Below are positions 1 through 8,137 of a stretch of DNA of 20,000 bases, piece after piece. Source of the stretch: an uncultured virus (IMG/VR IMGVR_UViG_3300040946_000488) (taxonomy: Duplodnaviria > Heunggongvirae > Uroviricota > Caudoviricetes). Where the stretch lies: IMG/VR virus record IMGVR_UViG_3300040946_000488. One strand, given 5' to 3'. Position 1 is the first letter of the stretch, and the number at the start of each line of letters is the position of its first letter. Made by a program: the position numbers and the translations under genes. The notes beneath the pieces were generated by a model that saw nothing but the letters and a program-made list of their open reading frames with translations, searched no databases and was not told the origin of the DNA.

Positions 1-112
1 GACTGAGTCGCCATGCCCGCTCCAGGCACCATGCCTTGAGGCATGATCGCCATCGAGAAGTGACCCATGCCCGCTCAAGGGTCCATGCCAACAGATAGAT
101 GAAGGATCACCC

Positions 113-505
113 ATGCTCACGACAGAGACCAAGACCCACACGTTCTACATCCCGACCCAACGATGCGCCAAATGCGGAAGCGCCAACACCTCCGTGCGGC
201 TGATCCCGGGCAAGAAAAAGGGACATGAACCTATCCCGATCAACAAGTGGACCTGCAATGACTGCAGCACCATCTTCGACCCCTCGGAAGTCCCCGTGAC
301 CGAGCCAATCCTGATCTGTGCCAACTGCAAGGACATGGTCCCCCACAAGTTCGTGAGGAACGCCGAGGTACAACACGTCCCATCTCCCGACGACCAACCC
401 AGGGAACCCGCGGACACGATCCACCACCACGTGATCTCGCACATGTACTCCTGCCTGACGTGCGGCACCGTGCGGGTCTATGGCTGCCACCTCGGGACAG
501 CCTGA
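113..505 (+). CDS. Zinc-ribbon protein (four CxxC pairs), function unknown
   Basis: 130-aa ORF, AAGGA SD upstream, GC3-rich codons, CAKC/CNDC/CANC/CLTC motifs. Confidence 0.8.
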   Translation: MLTTETKTHTFYIPTQRCAKCGSANTSVRLIPGKKKGHEPIPINKWTCNDCSTIFDPSEVPVTEPILICANCKDMVPHKFVRNAEVQHVPSPDDQPREPADTIHHHVISHMYSCLTCGTVRVYGCHLGTA

Positions 506-527
506 TATCCATCCCGGAAGATCTCAC

Positions 528-728
528 GTGAGCAAGCCCGCCAGCCCCGAGACCGTGCTCTACCAGGAAAAAGAAAAAGCCAGGCTCGAAGGAGAGAGCG
601 ACGGGCGCACCATGGGACGCATCGACGAACGATGCCTCATCGTGAGATGGCTGCGCCGGCAGAGAGGCATGGAGGCATGGCGGCTGGCCAACCTCATCGA
701 GGACGGGATCCACATGGAGGCATCATGA
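528..728 (+). CDS. Small hypothetical protein
   Basis: GTG start after GGAAG; stop overlaps next start (ATGA at 725-728). Confidence 0.65.
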   Translation: MSKPASPETVLYQEKEKARLEGESDGRTMGRIDERCLIVRWLRRQRGMEAWRLANLIEDGIHMEAS

Positions 729-1255
729 GCGACCGAAAACGAATGCCCGACGAACGACCCTCGATCACCAAGAAACTGCACATCAAGTGCGTGAACGAGG
801 AAGAGCAGCTCCAGTGGAAAGTCGACAAGCTGCGCGAGAAACTGCACAAGATCCGGGGACTGGCCCAGCACGGCAGCACCATGATCTCGCCCGACCAGGT
901 GCTGAAGGTGCTCGACGAGCCCGAACGCCCCCCCACCGAGATCGAGGACGTCAAGGTCTACATCCAGGTGGGCCTGTACCCCGACACGGGACAGCCTGGC
1001 GAGATCTTCTTGAAGAGCGACCGCATGGGATCGACCATCTCCGGGCTGCTCGACGCCCTCTCCATGAGCATCTCCGTGGCACTGCAGTCCGGGGTGCCCC
1101 TGGCCTGGTTCGTGGAGAAGATGAAGAACATGCAGTTCTTGCCGTCAGGACCCACCACCGATCCCAAGATCCGGAATGCCACCTCGATCGTGGACGGGCT
1201 GGCCAAGTGGCTGGAGTACAGGTTCCCGCCGCCATCTGGAGACACGGCTCCCTGA
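725..1255 (+). CDS. Stand-alone TSCPD-domain protein (class II ribonucleotide reductase NrdJ C-terminal-like)
   Basis: RKRMPDERPSITKK...VGLYPDTGQPGEIF...GSTISGLLDALSMSISVALQSGVPL...F.PSG.T.DPKI..ATSIVD matches the NrdJ C-terminal pattern from memory; GGAGG SD before ATG 725. Confidence 0.85.
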   Translation: MSDRKRMPDERPSITKKLHIKCVNEEEQLQWKVDKLREKLHKIRGLAQHGSTMISPDQVLKVLDEPERPPTEIEDVKVYIQVGLYPDTGQPGEIFLKSDRMGSTISGLLDALSMSISVALQSGVPLAWFVEKMKNMQFLPSGPTTDPKIRNATSIVDGLAKWLEYRFPPPSGDTAP

Positions 1256-1291
1256 GGTCCCAGGACATGGCCTCCTGGCAGGCATCAAGAT

Positions 1292-1840
1292 CTACTTATC
1301 GGGCAACGATCCCCTGATCTCTCGGATGCGCCAACGAATCGCCTGAGAATCCAACCCCGGATGCTCCTCAAGCAGGCGTGTCACATCTGCCAGATCTTGG
1401 AGCCTCTTGCTCGCCCTCCGGCTTGATTCCGCCGCGGCTGCCAGCTTCAGCAAGATCAGATCGTCCATCGTGACCAGCCGAAGCCTGAGGCTACCCGCCT
1501 GGGCGGGCACTGCCCGATCGACCGAAGCCGACATGAGATCGTCGGCCGAGAACTGGACCGAGATGCGCTGCTTGCGGGGGGTACCCGAAGGGGCTGGCCC
1601 CCTCCAGTTCTCGGACCATCGGTGAAGACCATCGTAGCTAAACCCATGCCTCTCCAGCTCCCCCCGGGGTATGTCATCCCGAGAATGAAGGGCAATATCC
1701 ACATCAGCCGTGGTGCGGGGCTCCTCGGTGTAGAGCTGGACCGCCACACCACCCATCACCGCGTAGGGAGTGCCGGCATCGTCGAGCACATCCACCAGGC
1801 TCGTGAGGACCGTCTCCTTGTCATGTTCACTCATACCCAT
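1292..1840 (-). CDS. Pol-beta superfamily nucleotidyltransferase (AbiEii/MenT-like fold)
   Basis: YAVMGGVAV...PRTTADVDI (GG plus DxD) and C-terminal K...R..KRLQDLAD; start 1840 (GGAG SD) or 1930 (GGAGG SD). Confidence 0.8.
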   Translation of the reverse strand: MGMSEHDKETVLTSLVDVLDDAGTPYAVMGGVAVQLYTEEPRTTADVDIALHSRDDIPRGELERHGFSYDGLHRWSENWRGPAPSGTPRKQRISVQFSADDLMSASVDRAVPAQAGSLRLRLVTMDDLILLKLAAAAESSRRASKRLQDLADVTRLLEEHPGLDSQAIRWRIREIRGSLPDK

Positions 1841-1925
1841 GGTCTCGCTCCATAGATGATCGAGCGACAGCCCAATGGCGAATCGCTCGGTGAATTGTTC
1901 CGTGGTGGGCTGTGGCACAACAGAT

Positions 1926-1954
1926 AGCATGAGTCCTCCCGAACGAGGCGTCAA
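1926..1954 (-). promoter_or_regulatory. Candidate sigma70-type promoter
   Basis: TTGACG-17 nt-CATGCT; spacer carries GTTCGGG motif shared with other promoters. Confidence 0.45.
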
Positions 1955-2006
1955 GGAAGATCACGACAGAGACGACCCAGCCCCCCTGAGATCACAATCT
2001 GTAATC

Positions 2007-2201
2007 TCAGGAAAACCGAATCTTGCCCTTCATCCCCGAGAGCGCCTGCCAGCAAGAATCAGCCATCGCAGCCAGGTAAACGAGATCATGCACGGCCTGT
2101 TCCTTGGTGATCTTATTGTGCTTGGCATGCTTGACCAACCACCCGCCCAGGTGGGGAGGCAATGTCACCGTGAGCTTGAGACTCTTTTTCTTGGCCTTCA
2201 T
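2007..2201 (-). CDS. Small ribbon-helix-helix-like DNA-binding protein
   Basis: KLTVTLPPHLGGWLVKHAKHNKITKEQAVHDLV: beta-strand plus two helices pattern; GGAAGGG SD. Confidence 0.6.
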   Translation of the reverse strand: MKAKKKSLKLTVTLPPHLGGWLVKHAKHNKITKEQAVHDLVYLAAMADSCWQALSGMKGKIRFS

Positions 2202-2221
2202 CGAGGTTCCCTTCCCGTGGA

Positions 2222-2833
2222 TCAAGTCCACATGTAACCACGCACCTTGATCAACCGGATCATCATCTCCTCGTCCCTGGCCTCAAGCGCCTCCTCCATC
2301 GACCAGCACTGGGCGCGAAGCTCTTCCTCTTCCTTGGTGAGGATCTCTTTTTTCAACCTGGACATCCCTTCCCCGATCGGCTCGAACTCGAACGGCCTCG
2401 CGTAAGCCTTGGAGAGGAGGGCATCATGGCGATCATGCTCGATCTTGCGATCATGCGTCCACCACTGGTAGATGTCCAGCATCTCTTTTTTGGCTGCGGC
2501 GTGGGCATCACGATTGGCATTCCCGGAAGGATCTGCGCCTTCCCCTGCTGCGGCCATCTCGGCGGCAGAGCGCCAGTCCACATAGCAGTCGAACGCCTTC
2601 TCTTCCTCGACGAAGCCCACCAAGACAGCCATGTTCGCGAACAAGATCCCCTCGCTCCGGTCCATCCAGCCCCAGGCATAGCCGTTGCGCCTGCTCCGGA
2701 TGTCGAGCATGTGATAACGATGGTAGGTGTGCGTCCTCAGCCAGTACACGGCGCGGCTGACGTGCCTGAGCGGGCCGAAGTGCCAGGACTCCAGCCACCT
2801 GCGGAACCTCTTCAATGCATGCGGCTTCTTCAT
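2222..2833 (-). CDS. Phage-type hypothetical protein
   Basis: 203 aa, GC3-rich, C-terminal DEEMMIRLIKVRGYMWT resembles a motif common in phage hypotheticals; ATGA coupling to upstream ORF. Confidence 0.8.
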   Translation of the reverse strand: MKKPHALKRFRRWLESWHFGPLRHVSRAVYWLRTHTYHRYHMLDIRSRRNGYAWGWMDRSEGILFANMAVLVGFVEEEKAFDCYVDWRSAAEMAAAGEGADPSGNANRDAHAAAKKEMLDIYQWWTHDRKIEHDRHDALLSKAYARPFEFEPIGEGMSRLKKEILTKEEEELRAQCWSMEEALEARDEEMMIRLIKVRGYMWT

Positions 2834-3018
2834 GTGCGTTGGCCCGCTGGGTGCCTATCGGTGTCCTTGGCGTTCCGGCGGACGTTCGCGCAGATCGCTG
2901 GATCGTCGTGAGCCAGCTTGCCCCCACTGGCAGCCAGCTCCTCCTCGGTCGTGATGCCAGGGCCGCCGCACTCCTTGCAGATGGCCACGACTTGCCTCAT
3001 GCCTGGTTGCCATGCCAT
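2830..3018 (-). CDS. Small CxxC hypothetical protein
   Basis: 62 aa, GAGGTG SD, coupled to downstream gene. Confidence 0.6.
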   Translation of the reverse strand: MAWQPGMRQVVAICKECGGPGITTEEELAASGGKLAHDDPAICANVRRNAKDTDRHPAGQRT

Positions 3019-3022
3019 GATT

Positions 3023-3523
3023 TCACCTCGCCTGTGACCAGAGCTTCAGCTCGGGGTTATAGCGCGCCCACCTCCGGACCGTGCCCCGGCTCACCCACTC
3101 CAGGAGCTGGGACTTCGAGTGCAGGAACGAACCGCGCCATCGCCTCACGACCTGGACCACCGCTTCCCGGCCAACCATCCGGCACAGCAGATCCTTCTGG
3201 GCCTGCGTCCCGTTGGGCAAGATCACCATGGCCACCTCCTCCAGATCGCGTGGCAGCCGCAGGAGGCGAGCGCCAGGGCCTCGGAAAGACGCACTCAATA
3301 GCTTGGGCAACCTCGACTGCCTCGCCTTAGAAATTTCCCGTCCCAGGGCGCGCACCATCTCATCCAATTCAACCTGGCCATACCGACAGCCCTGCCAGCG
3401 TGACGTGGCAGCGTCCCGTGCAATGAACGCCCTCTCCCGGGGCAACAGTCGCCGAGCCCTGGCGGAACCTCCGCGCTTGCCGCCCAGGCGGCCCAGGGCC
3501 ACGGCGTGAGGGTTCTTCTTCAT
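3023..3523 (-). CDS. Basic protein with N-terminal KNPxAVALGRLGG..GG.ARA motif (KGG-like) plus extra C-terminal domain
   Basis: MKKNPHAVALGRLGGKRGGSARARRL...IARDAATSRW is a recognisable small basic protein motif. Confidence 0.7.
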   Translation of the reverse strand: MKKNPHAVALGRLGGKRGGSARARRLLPRERAFIARDAATSRWQGCRYGQVELDEMVRALGREISKARQSRLPKLLSASFRGPGARLLRLPRDLEEVAMVILPNGTQAQKDLLCRMVGREAVVQVVRRWRGSFLHSKSQLLEWVSRGTVRRWARYNPELKLWSQAR

Positions 3524-3726
3524 GGGGGATGAGGATGACATGGAGACTCAAGCATGATCAAGCCCTTATTGGCCAGGCATGGAGAAGTGACGGGGACGGG
3601 GGCGACGGGGACCGTCAGGCGCAACAGACGCCGGACGAGTCCCAATCGACACCAAAGCCGCGCTCCCCGATTGCCATCAATGACGTAAGTGCGCGAATTC
3701 ATTGTCAAAGATTGTCCTCTCCGTTC

Positions 3727-3755
3727 TTGACACCTGGTTCCGGGCTGGATAGGAT
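3727..3755 (+). promoter_or_regulatory. Sigma70-type promoter
   Basis: TTGACA-17 nt-TAGGAT upstream of the 3834/3909 gene. Confidence 0.65.
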
Positions 3756-3833
3756 TTGGGATGACAGTGAAAAGAAGCCCCTACATGACGTCTTGTCGAA
3801 CAAGTTGAACAAAAAGGACAAGGAGCATTCATT

Positions 3834-5708
3834 GTGAACTCATCAATCCACCAATTGTGCCACCTACCCGAAGCCTCCAAAGAACCGCAATCCGACAATC
3901 CATTCTACATGGATAAATCAGAATTGAACTCGAAGTTTGGGAGATATTCCAAGAAGGATCTTGCCACGCTTGATGAAGTTCTCAGAGATCAATCTCACTC
4001 CATTCAAGAAGCCATCGACCTTACCCCTGTTCTCCTGAATGGATGGTACTGGACGGGACACCCAACCCGACAGGAACGCCTGAATCTCAAGGGAAAGTAC
4101 CTATTTTTCTCCCCATCTCGCAAGGTCCTGTCCAGAATTGCTTGGAAAGAGATGCAACGGTATCACATCAAACTGGCTAAAATTTCCGCCGTTCCTGTTG
4201 GAGGAGAACATGTCCTGTGCCTTTATCATCAGGACGACAGCCTGAAACTGAAATTGGCAAAATCTTCTTATTATGAACATGGGCTGGAAGCATACGGCTC
4301 TCTTTACTGCCAGAAGCGAAACCTAGAACCCTTTCCTGGACCCTTTCGAGGAAAATACCGTTGGTGGAAAAGCAACGAAGCCACTGACGCTGGCATCTAT
4401 TCGGCTGGTTTTTTGACGAAACTGTCACAGGTGGGGGCGGACGCCTGCGATCCGGAGGAGACAGCCAAGATCTTGGAGCGTATGCGTCTTTCTGACCTGC
4501 GTAGCAACCAGAGCAAGCCGGACAATATACCAGCCGAAGCCAAATGCGAATTGATCGTTGATGTGGCTGGACGGTCCTTGAAGGCCGTGACAAAGGATAG
4601 CTCGGTGCAACCCATTTCCAATCAAATCATACCAAAACAAACACTTCCTCCTCCAGGATTCAAGTCATTGTTGCCAACGGGAACGATCTATGCGGCAATC
4701 GGCCCGCACGAGAAGATCTTCTATATTGGATGGACAAGCAGAGATCTCCAGACACGTCAGAAAGAACATCTTTCCCGCTGCCAGAATTGGCTGGGCTACG
4801 TGTGGGAGGCCGGAACCCCCAAGCCATTTGCCATGTTATTGCACATGCTGCGCCGAAACGGAACAGCCCATCTCATTCATTTTGAAGAACTATGCCAAGG
4901 AACCAAACGAGATGAATGTAAATTGATCCAAGAAAAATGGCTTGAAGGCCATCCCATACTCAATCTAGGAATTCCTTGCCATGAGCTTCAAGAACCGTGT
5001 GGACACGGAGCTGACTGCACAAAGGCGTCCGTAAACCAGCTTGGTTGTCAAGGAACCATACTCAAGGGATTGGCTCACGTGAAACATCGCCTCGAACCGT
5101 ACATTGTCAGATGGGGATTGATCGACGACAAGTCAATGCTTTTCACAGTTCAGACTGCTTTAGAACCAATGTTAGTTCGGACATTTCGATTTGAACCAAG
5201 TCTTTGGAATTCGACAGTCCCATCGAAATCTCCCTGGAATCAGTGGATAGCGAAGACCAATTGGCTTGAACGAACCTCCTGGAATCGAACGAGACAGCCA
5301 CGTGAATATAATCACGACATGGCTCGATACGTAATAGAATTATACCAACAGGATGGAACGCACTATGGATATGCGCACGTCTATGTTGAAATATTAGACG
5401 ACCATACTGTAGGAGTATGCTCCTTCGAGGATTTGGCTGGAATCGCATATCCTCCTCCTGAGTTTCCCTTGAATGATGATCTCGAAATGTGTCTTACCCC
5501 GAGATACGACGAACCCCTCGATGAAATTAGGAACCATTTCTGGGAGGTGCCATCCTCACATCTCGATGCTGTGTTACAACAGCTATCCTTTGAAACTCCA
5601 TTGAAACTTACAACCATAGAAAGAGTTGACGAACACAAGTGGAATATCAAGAATCATGGTGGTGTAGGAACCAGCGGAATTGGTTGGAGACAAATAGAAA
5701 AAGGATAA
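3834..5708 (+). CDS. Multidomain protein: eIF4E-like (DUF1917/Bles03-like) N-terminal domain, central GIY-YIG nuclease motif, unknown C-terminus
   Basis: GKYLFF..AKIS..VLCLY..WKSNEATDAGIY pattern; TIYAAIG...FYIGWTSRDLQTRQKEH...E..LI...PILN; visibly AT-richer than flanks; start GTG 3834 or ATG 3909. Confidence 0.7.
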   Translation: MNSSIHQLCHLPEASKEPQSDNPFYMDKSELNSKFGRYSKKDLATLDEVLRDQSHSIQEAIDLTPVLLNGWYWTGHPTRQERLNLKGKYLFFSPSRKVLSRIAWKEMQRYHIKLAKISAVPVGGEHVLCLYHQDDSLKLKLAKSSYYEHGLEAYGSLYCQKRNLEPFPGPFRGKYRWWKSNEATDAGIYSAGFLTKLSQVGADACDPEETAKILERMRLSDLRSNQSKPDNIPAEAKCELIVDVAGRSLKAVTKDSSVQPISNQIIPKQTLPPPGFKSLLPTGTIYAAIGPHEKIFYIGWTSRDLQTRQKEHLSRCQNWLGYVWEAGTPKPFAMLLHMLRRNGTAHLIHFEELCQGTKRDECKLIQEKWLEGHPILNLGIPCHELQEPCGHGADCTKASVNQLGCQGTILKGLAHVKHRLEPYIVRWGLIDDKSMLFTVQTALEPMLVRTFRFEPSLWNSTVPSKSPWNQWIAKTNWLERTSWNRTRQPREYNHDMARYVIELYQQDGTHYGYAHVYVEILDDHTVGVCSFEDLAGIAYPPPEFPLNDDLEMCLTPRYDEPLDEIRNHFWEVPSSHLDAVLQQLSFETPLKLTTIERVDEHKWNIKNHGGVGTSGIGWRQIEKG

Positions 5709-5757
5709 GGAATAATAGCCTCATCTTCTCTAAGACCCTCCCAGGCTTGAAACCAAA

Positions 5758-6159
5758 ATGAAAAAGATCCAGCCCAAGATTGCATGGAGCCGGCCCGATC
5801 GATGCTGGGTGGGAAGCGCCCCTCCCCTCGTCGGCCCATGCTGCCATGGAGAGAGCAAGGGAGAGGTCGCCGCCTCCCTCGCGGATATTATCCGGGATCT
5901 GGCCTGCGATCTGGCGCCCCATGCGATCCCGAGGCCCAGGACCACCATGGTGATGGAAGGGGCCAAGCTCCCCCCAGGCAAGAGCCTCGACCAGATGGTG
6001 CGGGACGGCCTCATCAACAAAGACGGCTCGCTGAGCCGCCGGCCCCGGCCCAAGAAGACCATCGGGGAACTCATGCTGGAGGACGCCGTGAGGTGGGCCA
6101 ACCTCGTCTTGGCCAGGGACCCTGCGAGAAAGGTCCGACGACGAGCCCTCGACAGATGA
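5758..6159 (+). CDS. HicB-like antitoxin-family protein
   Basis: KIAWSRPDRCWVGSAPPLVGPCCHGESKGEVAASL resembles the HicB N-terminal RNase H-like fold; no hicA seen. Confidence 0.6.
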   Translation: MKKIQPKIAWSRPDRCWVGSAPPLVGPCCHGESKGEVAASLADIIRDLACDLAPHAIPRPRTTMVMEGAKLPPGKSLDQMVRDGLINKDGSLSRRPRPKKTIGELMLEDAVRWANLVLARDPARKVRRRALDR

Positions 6160-6300
6160 TGGAGGCCCGGGCGGGGAAACCCCGCCCAGGCCAAGTACGC
6201 CGCCCAATCAATCAAGAGCCGAGCAGCCATCGCGATCATGCACATGGCTTCCCTCCCCGTCAACCCCCAACCAGAACAATTTTCTGACCAGGCCAGGTCG

Positions 6301-6825
6301 CTACGAATCGAGCGCCGTTGTCCAGTACGGCGCCCATTCCTCGGGGATGTTGCGCGTGTCCATCCGCACCGTGATGGCCGGCAGGTAAGCCGGCTTCCTC
6401 GGCTGGCGGAGCAGTCGCATCCCCGCCTCGGCGGGAGTCCGATCCCCCTTGTGCTTGTTACACAAAACACAACAAGAACAAATGTTCTCCCACACGGTAC
6501 GGCCACCCCGCGAGCGTGGAATGACGTGGTCGAAGGTCAGATCTTCCGACATGAACTGATGCCCACAATACTGGCACCGGAACCCGTCCCGCGTGTAGAT
6601 GTTGACCCGGCTGAACTTCACCCTGATCCGCTCGCGCTTGAAGCTGTTCGCCAGGCGGACGACGGATGGCATCGGCCAGGCACGGGTCGCGCTCTGGATG
6701 GTCCTGTCCTTCGAGTATTCCACCACCTCGACCTTCCCGGTGAAGAAGTCGCAGATGGCCCTCTGCCACGGCTCCACGCGGAGCGGGCGCATCCCCACAT
6801 CGAGGACGAGTACAGCGGCGTTCAT
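6301..6825 (-). CDS. HNH endonuclease (McrA-like)
   Basis: VLVLD...PSVVRL...FSRVNIYTRDGFRCQYCG...LTFDHVIPRSRGG...WENI..CC..CN..KGDRTP.EAGM; AGGAG SD. Confidence 0.95.
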   Translation of the reverse strand: MNAAVLVLDVGMRPLRVEPWQRAICDFFTGKVEVVEYSKDRTIQSATRAWPMPSVVRLANSFKRERIRVKFSRVNIYTRDGFRCQYCGHQFMSEDLTFDHVIPRSRGGRTVWENICSCCVLCNKHKGDRTPAEAGMRLLRQPRKPAYLPAITVRMDTRNIPEEWAPYWTTALDS

Positions 6826-6873
6826 GGCATTCATCTCCTATGCTACAGGTTCATTCCGAGAAAATACAGCGTG

Positions 6874-6949
6874 CGCGCGAGGAGGGACTCAAACCCCCTG
6901 CCTCCGAGGTCATTACTCTACGGCGCTCTGTCAGTTGAGCTACTCGCGC
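6874..6949 (-). ncRNA. tRNA-like element with aberrant anticodon arm
   Basis: Acceptor GCGCGAG/CTCGCGC, D arm GCTC/GAGC, T arm GGGGG-TTTGAGT-CCCTC; anticodon arm bulged with ~9-nt loop. Confidence 0.7.
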
Positions 6950-6953
6950 ATCG

Positions 6954-7018
6954 TGGGGCGGGATGGACTTGGACCACCATCTCCTCTTTCAAGGAACCTG
7001 ATCTTGGACGACCGCCCC
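6954..7018 (-). ncRNA. Truncated tRNA-like element
   Basis: Acceptor GGGGCGG/CCGCCCC, T arm GGTGG-TCCAAGT-CCATC; D and anticodon arms reduced; 65 nt. Confidence 0.6.
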
Positions 7019-7023
7019 GTATT

Positions 7024-7368
7024 TTAGTGGAGAAGTGGCAGGTTGGACACCACCTTCCTCACCGGGCGACGATCATGGACCAGGCTGCACCCGATGCATG
7101 TGGCCTGGCCGTCAAATGGGACATCGACCTCGACCACCAGCTTGTGATCCACCCCGGCCACGTCGAGCCTCCTGGAGAGAGCCCGCAAGGACGCCTCATC
7201 AGGGACCGAGAGCACGACAACATAGGTCTCCGGGGGATGCTGGCCGAAACTGCCGGCGGCATGGGCCACCTGAGCGGCCTGGAAACCGCGAGGCAAGTCA
7301 TCTCGCACCACCAGGTACTGGGTAGGGGGGCCGGCGTCAATCCTTGCCGTCGAACCCCGGATCGTCAT
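7024..7368 (-). CDS. Pth2-like peptidyl-tRNA hydrolase (start uncertain)
   Basis: QYLVVRDDLPRGFQAAQVAHAA...VVVLSVPDE..L...T.IG...LPLL is the Pth2 family pattern. Confidence 0.85.
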   Translation of the reverse strand: MTIRGSTARIDAGPPTQYLVVRDDLPRGFQAAQVAHAAGSFGQHPPETYVVVLSVPDEASLRALSRRLDVAGVDHKLVVEVDVPFDGQATCIGCSLVHDRRPVRKVVSNLPLLH

Positions 7369-7426
7369 CGATCGGCACCGTGGCGGTGCTGATGATGAGT
7401 CCGAGGAGATCATTTGCCTTGGACAT
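7337..7426 (-). CDS. 29-aa peptide MSKANDLLGLIISTATVPIDDDPGFDGKD upstream of/overlapping pth2-like gene
   Basis: GAGAGGA SD, GC3-rich codons, ends GAT TGA C. Confidence 0.6.
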   Translation of the reverse strand: MSKANDLLGLIISTATVPIDDDPGFDGKD

Positions 7427-7435
7427 GTTGTCCTC

Positions 7436-7788
7436 TCACTTGTATTCCCGTTTCGCCAGCTTGGGGAGGGTGTATTCGGCTCCCCTGAAAATCATGCCCT
7501 CAGGCCCCCATTTTGCGTATTTCTCGATCCCGGCCTTCGCGAGGGGCGACAGCTTGACGCCGGCACGGATGGCGAGTCCGTAGGGGGTCCACCGAAGGAT
7601 GTGCTGCAGATCCTTTGGGGTGACCTTGTCGTAGGCTGCGTTGGCGATGTGGTAGGGAACCTCAATGCTCTTGATGACCCCGTGCTCGATGGCTGAGAGT
7701 CCCTTCCGGACAGCCTTGAAGGGATTGAACCCCCATCCCTTGGTGGCGTCGAGGTAGTCTCCGAGAAGCTGCTGTTTTTTGATGCCAT
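7436..7788 (-). CDS. ~117-aa hypothetical protein needing a -1 shift (or 1 extra A) at codon 4-5
   Basis: AGGAG SD + ATG GCA TCA AAA AAC; the -1 frame (QQLLGDYLDATKGWGFNPFKAV...KREYK*) has GC3-rich codons and no own start. Confidence 0.6.
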
Positions 7789-7840
7789 GACGTGTTACTC
7801 CTAGACGGTTCGGCGCATCGGCCCCGATCGCATGGGCATG

Positions 7841-7868
7841 ATTCTATCCACGCCCAGGACTACGTCAA
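7841..7868 (-). promoter_or_regulatory. Sigma70-type promoter for post-array genes
   Basis: TTGACG-16 nt-TAGAAT. Confidence 0.6.
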
Positions 7869-7878
7869 GAGAAAAAAG

Positions 7879-7961
7879 TGCCCCCTGGGGGAGTCGGACC
7901 CCCACGGCCTTCCGGCCACCTGATTTTGAGCCAGGCGTGACTGCCATTCCACCAAAGGGGC
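7879..7961 (-). tRNA. trnL: tRNA-Leu(CAA)
   Basis: Cloverleaf, loop CTCAAAA, long variable arm, T loop TCCGACT. Confidence 0.92.
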
Positions 7962-7966
7962 AAAGG

Positions 7967-8049
7967 TGCCGGGAACAGGAATCGAACCTGCACGCCCTCA
8001 CGGGCGGGGGAGTTTAGGTCCCCCATGACTGCCATTCCATCATCCCGGC
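7967..8049 (-). tRNA. trnL: tRNA-Leu(TAA)
   Basis: Cloverleaf, loop CCTAAAC (C33), long variable arm. Confidence 0.9.
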
Positions 8050-8050
8050 A

Positions 8051-8136
8051 TGGTGCGCCCGGGGGGAGTCGGACCCCCACGGCCTTTCGGCCACACGACC
8101 CTGAATCGTGCGTGACTGCCATTCCACCACGGGCGC
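8051..8136 (-). tRNA. trnL: tRNA-Leu(CAG)
   Basis: Loop TTCAGGG, long variable arm, encoded CCA. Confidence 0.92.
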
Positions 8137-8137
8137 A

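Noticed and set aside
6238..7392. 384-aa plus-strand ORF and similar long antisense ORFs (11678-12496, 16433-17173, 15708-16436)
   Set aside because: Shadow frames of well-supported minus-strand genes in GC-rich DNA
7492..7788. 98-aa zero-frame ORF MASKNSSFSETT...
   Set aside because: Ser/Pro/Arg-rich off-frame composition; the -1 frame has the coding signature
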